Assembly: GCA_038087875.1 (NCBI GenBank)
Contig: CM075980.1
Span: forward strand, 63,488,001 to 63,552,000
Direction: 5' to 3'
DNA length: 64,000 nt
From: Malacoraja senta
Lineage: Eukaryota
Part shown: piece by piece, positions 62,780-64,000 of the stretch
Position numbering within the stretch: the stretch's first letter is position 1
Layout of the letters: every line of letters begins with the position of its first letter
The notes under the pieces: generated by a model
The model's input: the letters and a program-made list of their open reading frames with translations, nothing else
Told to the model about the DNA's origin: nothing
Database searches by the model: none
Position numbers and translations under genes: made by a program

Positions 62780-62955
62780 TAAGTGATTACCCGAGTCGAT
62801 ATTGACAGCCAAAATAAATGATGCTCGCTCAACCGCGTGTAGCTCGAATGAATGGTTTTACAGAAAGCCTGCGAAAAAACGCTCCCTCGCTCACGTGACC
62901 GCGCCAGCCAATAGCGAGGGTTCGACATTACCAGGGCCACCACTAGGTGCTTTTT
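62780..62955. promoter_or_regulatory. Small CpG-rich patch with E-box, CCAAT box and CTCF-like motif
   Basis: tcacgtgac (about 62891), agccaatag (about 62906) and ccactaggtg (about 62940) in an otherwise CpG-poor AT-rich neighbourhood. Confidence 0.35.
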
Positions 62956-63104
62956 TTTGAGGTGGACATAAATGTTGCAAACCATCATAATAATGTGCCT
63001 TTGTGACAGTTAGGAGATGAGATATAATAACAGAACATCAAAAATCGCAGCGAAGCACTAAATGAACTAAAATATTTTATGAATATAAATGTTATAAATA
63101 TTAT

Positions 63105-64000
63105 AAATATATTAATGATTTGTACGAGGGAATTGAATGCAACATCTCCAAGTTTGCAGATGACACGAAGCTGGGGGGCAGTGTTAGCTGTGAGGAGGAT
63201 GCTAGGAGGCTGCAAGGTATACTTGGATAGGTTGGGTGAGTGGGCAAATGCATGGCAGATGCAGTATAATGTGGATAAATGTGAGGTTATCCACTTTGGT
63301 GGCAAAAACAGGAAAGTAGACTATTATCTGAATGGTGGCCGATTAGGGAAACGGGAGATGCAACGAGACCTGGGTGTCATGCTACACCAGTCATTGAAAG
63401 TAGGCATGCAGGTGCATCAGGCAGTGAAGAAAGCGAATGGTATGTTAGCATTCATAGCAAAAGGATTTGAGTATAGGAGCAGGGAGGTTCTACTGCAGTT
63501 GTACAGGGTCTTGGTGAGACTACACCTGGAGTATTGCGTACAGTTTTGGTCTCCAAATCTGAGGAAAGACATTCTTGCCATAGAGGGAGTACAGAGAAGG
63601 TTCACCAGACTGATTCCTGGATGGCAGGACTTTCATATGAAGAAAGACTGGATAGACTCGGCTTGTACTCGCTAGAATTTAGAAGATTGAGGGGGGATCT
63701 TATAGAAACTTACAAAATTATTAAGGGTTTGGACAGGCTGGATGCAGGAAGATTGTTCCCGATGTTGGGGAAGTCCAGAACAAGGGGTCACAGTTTAAGG
63801 ATAAGGGGGAAGTCTTTTAGGACCGAGATGAGAAAAACATTTTTCACACAGAGAGTGGTGAATCTGTGGAATTCTCTGCCACAGAAGGTAGTTGAGGCCA
63901 GTTCATTGGCTATATTTAAGAGGGAGTTAGATGTGGCCCTTGTGGCTAAAGGGATCAGGGGGTATGGAGAGAAGGCAGGTACAGGATACTGAGTTGGATG
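63105..64000 (+). mobile_element. CR1 (HER1-like) LINE 3' portion
   Basis: ORFs 63079-63675 and 63534-63992 (DRLGEWANAWQMQYNVDKCEVIHFG...HLEYCVQFWSP...FFTQRVVNLWNSLP). Confidence 0.96.

Overview
This is eukaryotic, repeat-dense vertebrate DNA. HE1-type V-SINEs, HER1/CR1-type LINEs and abundant Penelope terminal repeats point to a cartilaginous fish, probably a skate or ray (inference). Almost all recognisable content is transposon-derived. There are three DIRS1-type tyrosine-recombinase retrotransposons: two lack most or all of RT, and one is full-length but decayed. A Passport-like Tc1 (DD34E) sits inside the second DIRS and itself carries an ~850-bp insert. Also present are many CR1 fragments, Penelope elements with hammerhead-like motifs, Harbinger elements and MITEs, an ERV pol fragment embedded in its own LTR, and an L1-clade 3' end. 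The one likely host gene is an intact, single-coding-exon hAT-derived BED-finger ORF (15501-17474). It has a splice acceptor, no visible TIRs and substitutions at catalytic positions, so it is a candidate domesticated transposase. The most unusual non-coding signal is a repeated, CpG-rich hairpin module in the leaders of the two RT-less DIRS copies, with conserved stems, variable loops and one compensatory base-pair change. No prokaryotic systems, rRNA or tRNA genes, or CRISPR arrays were seen.
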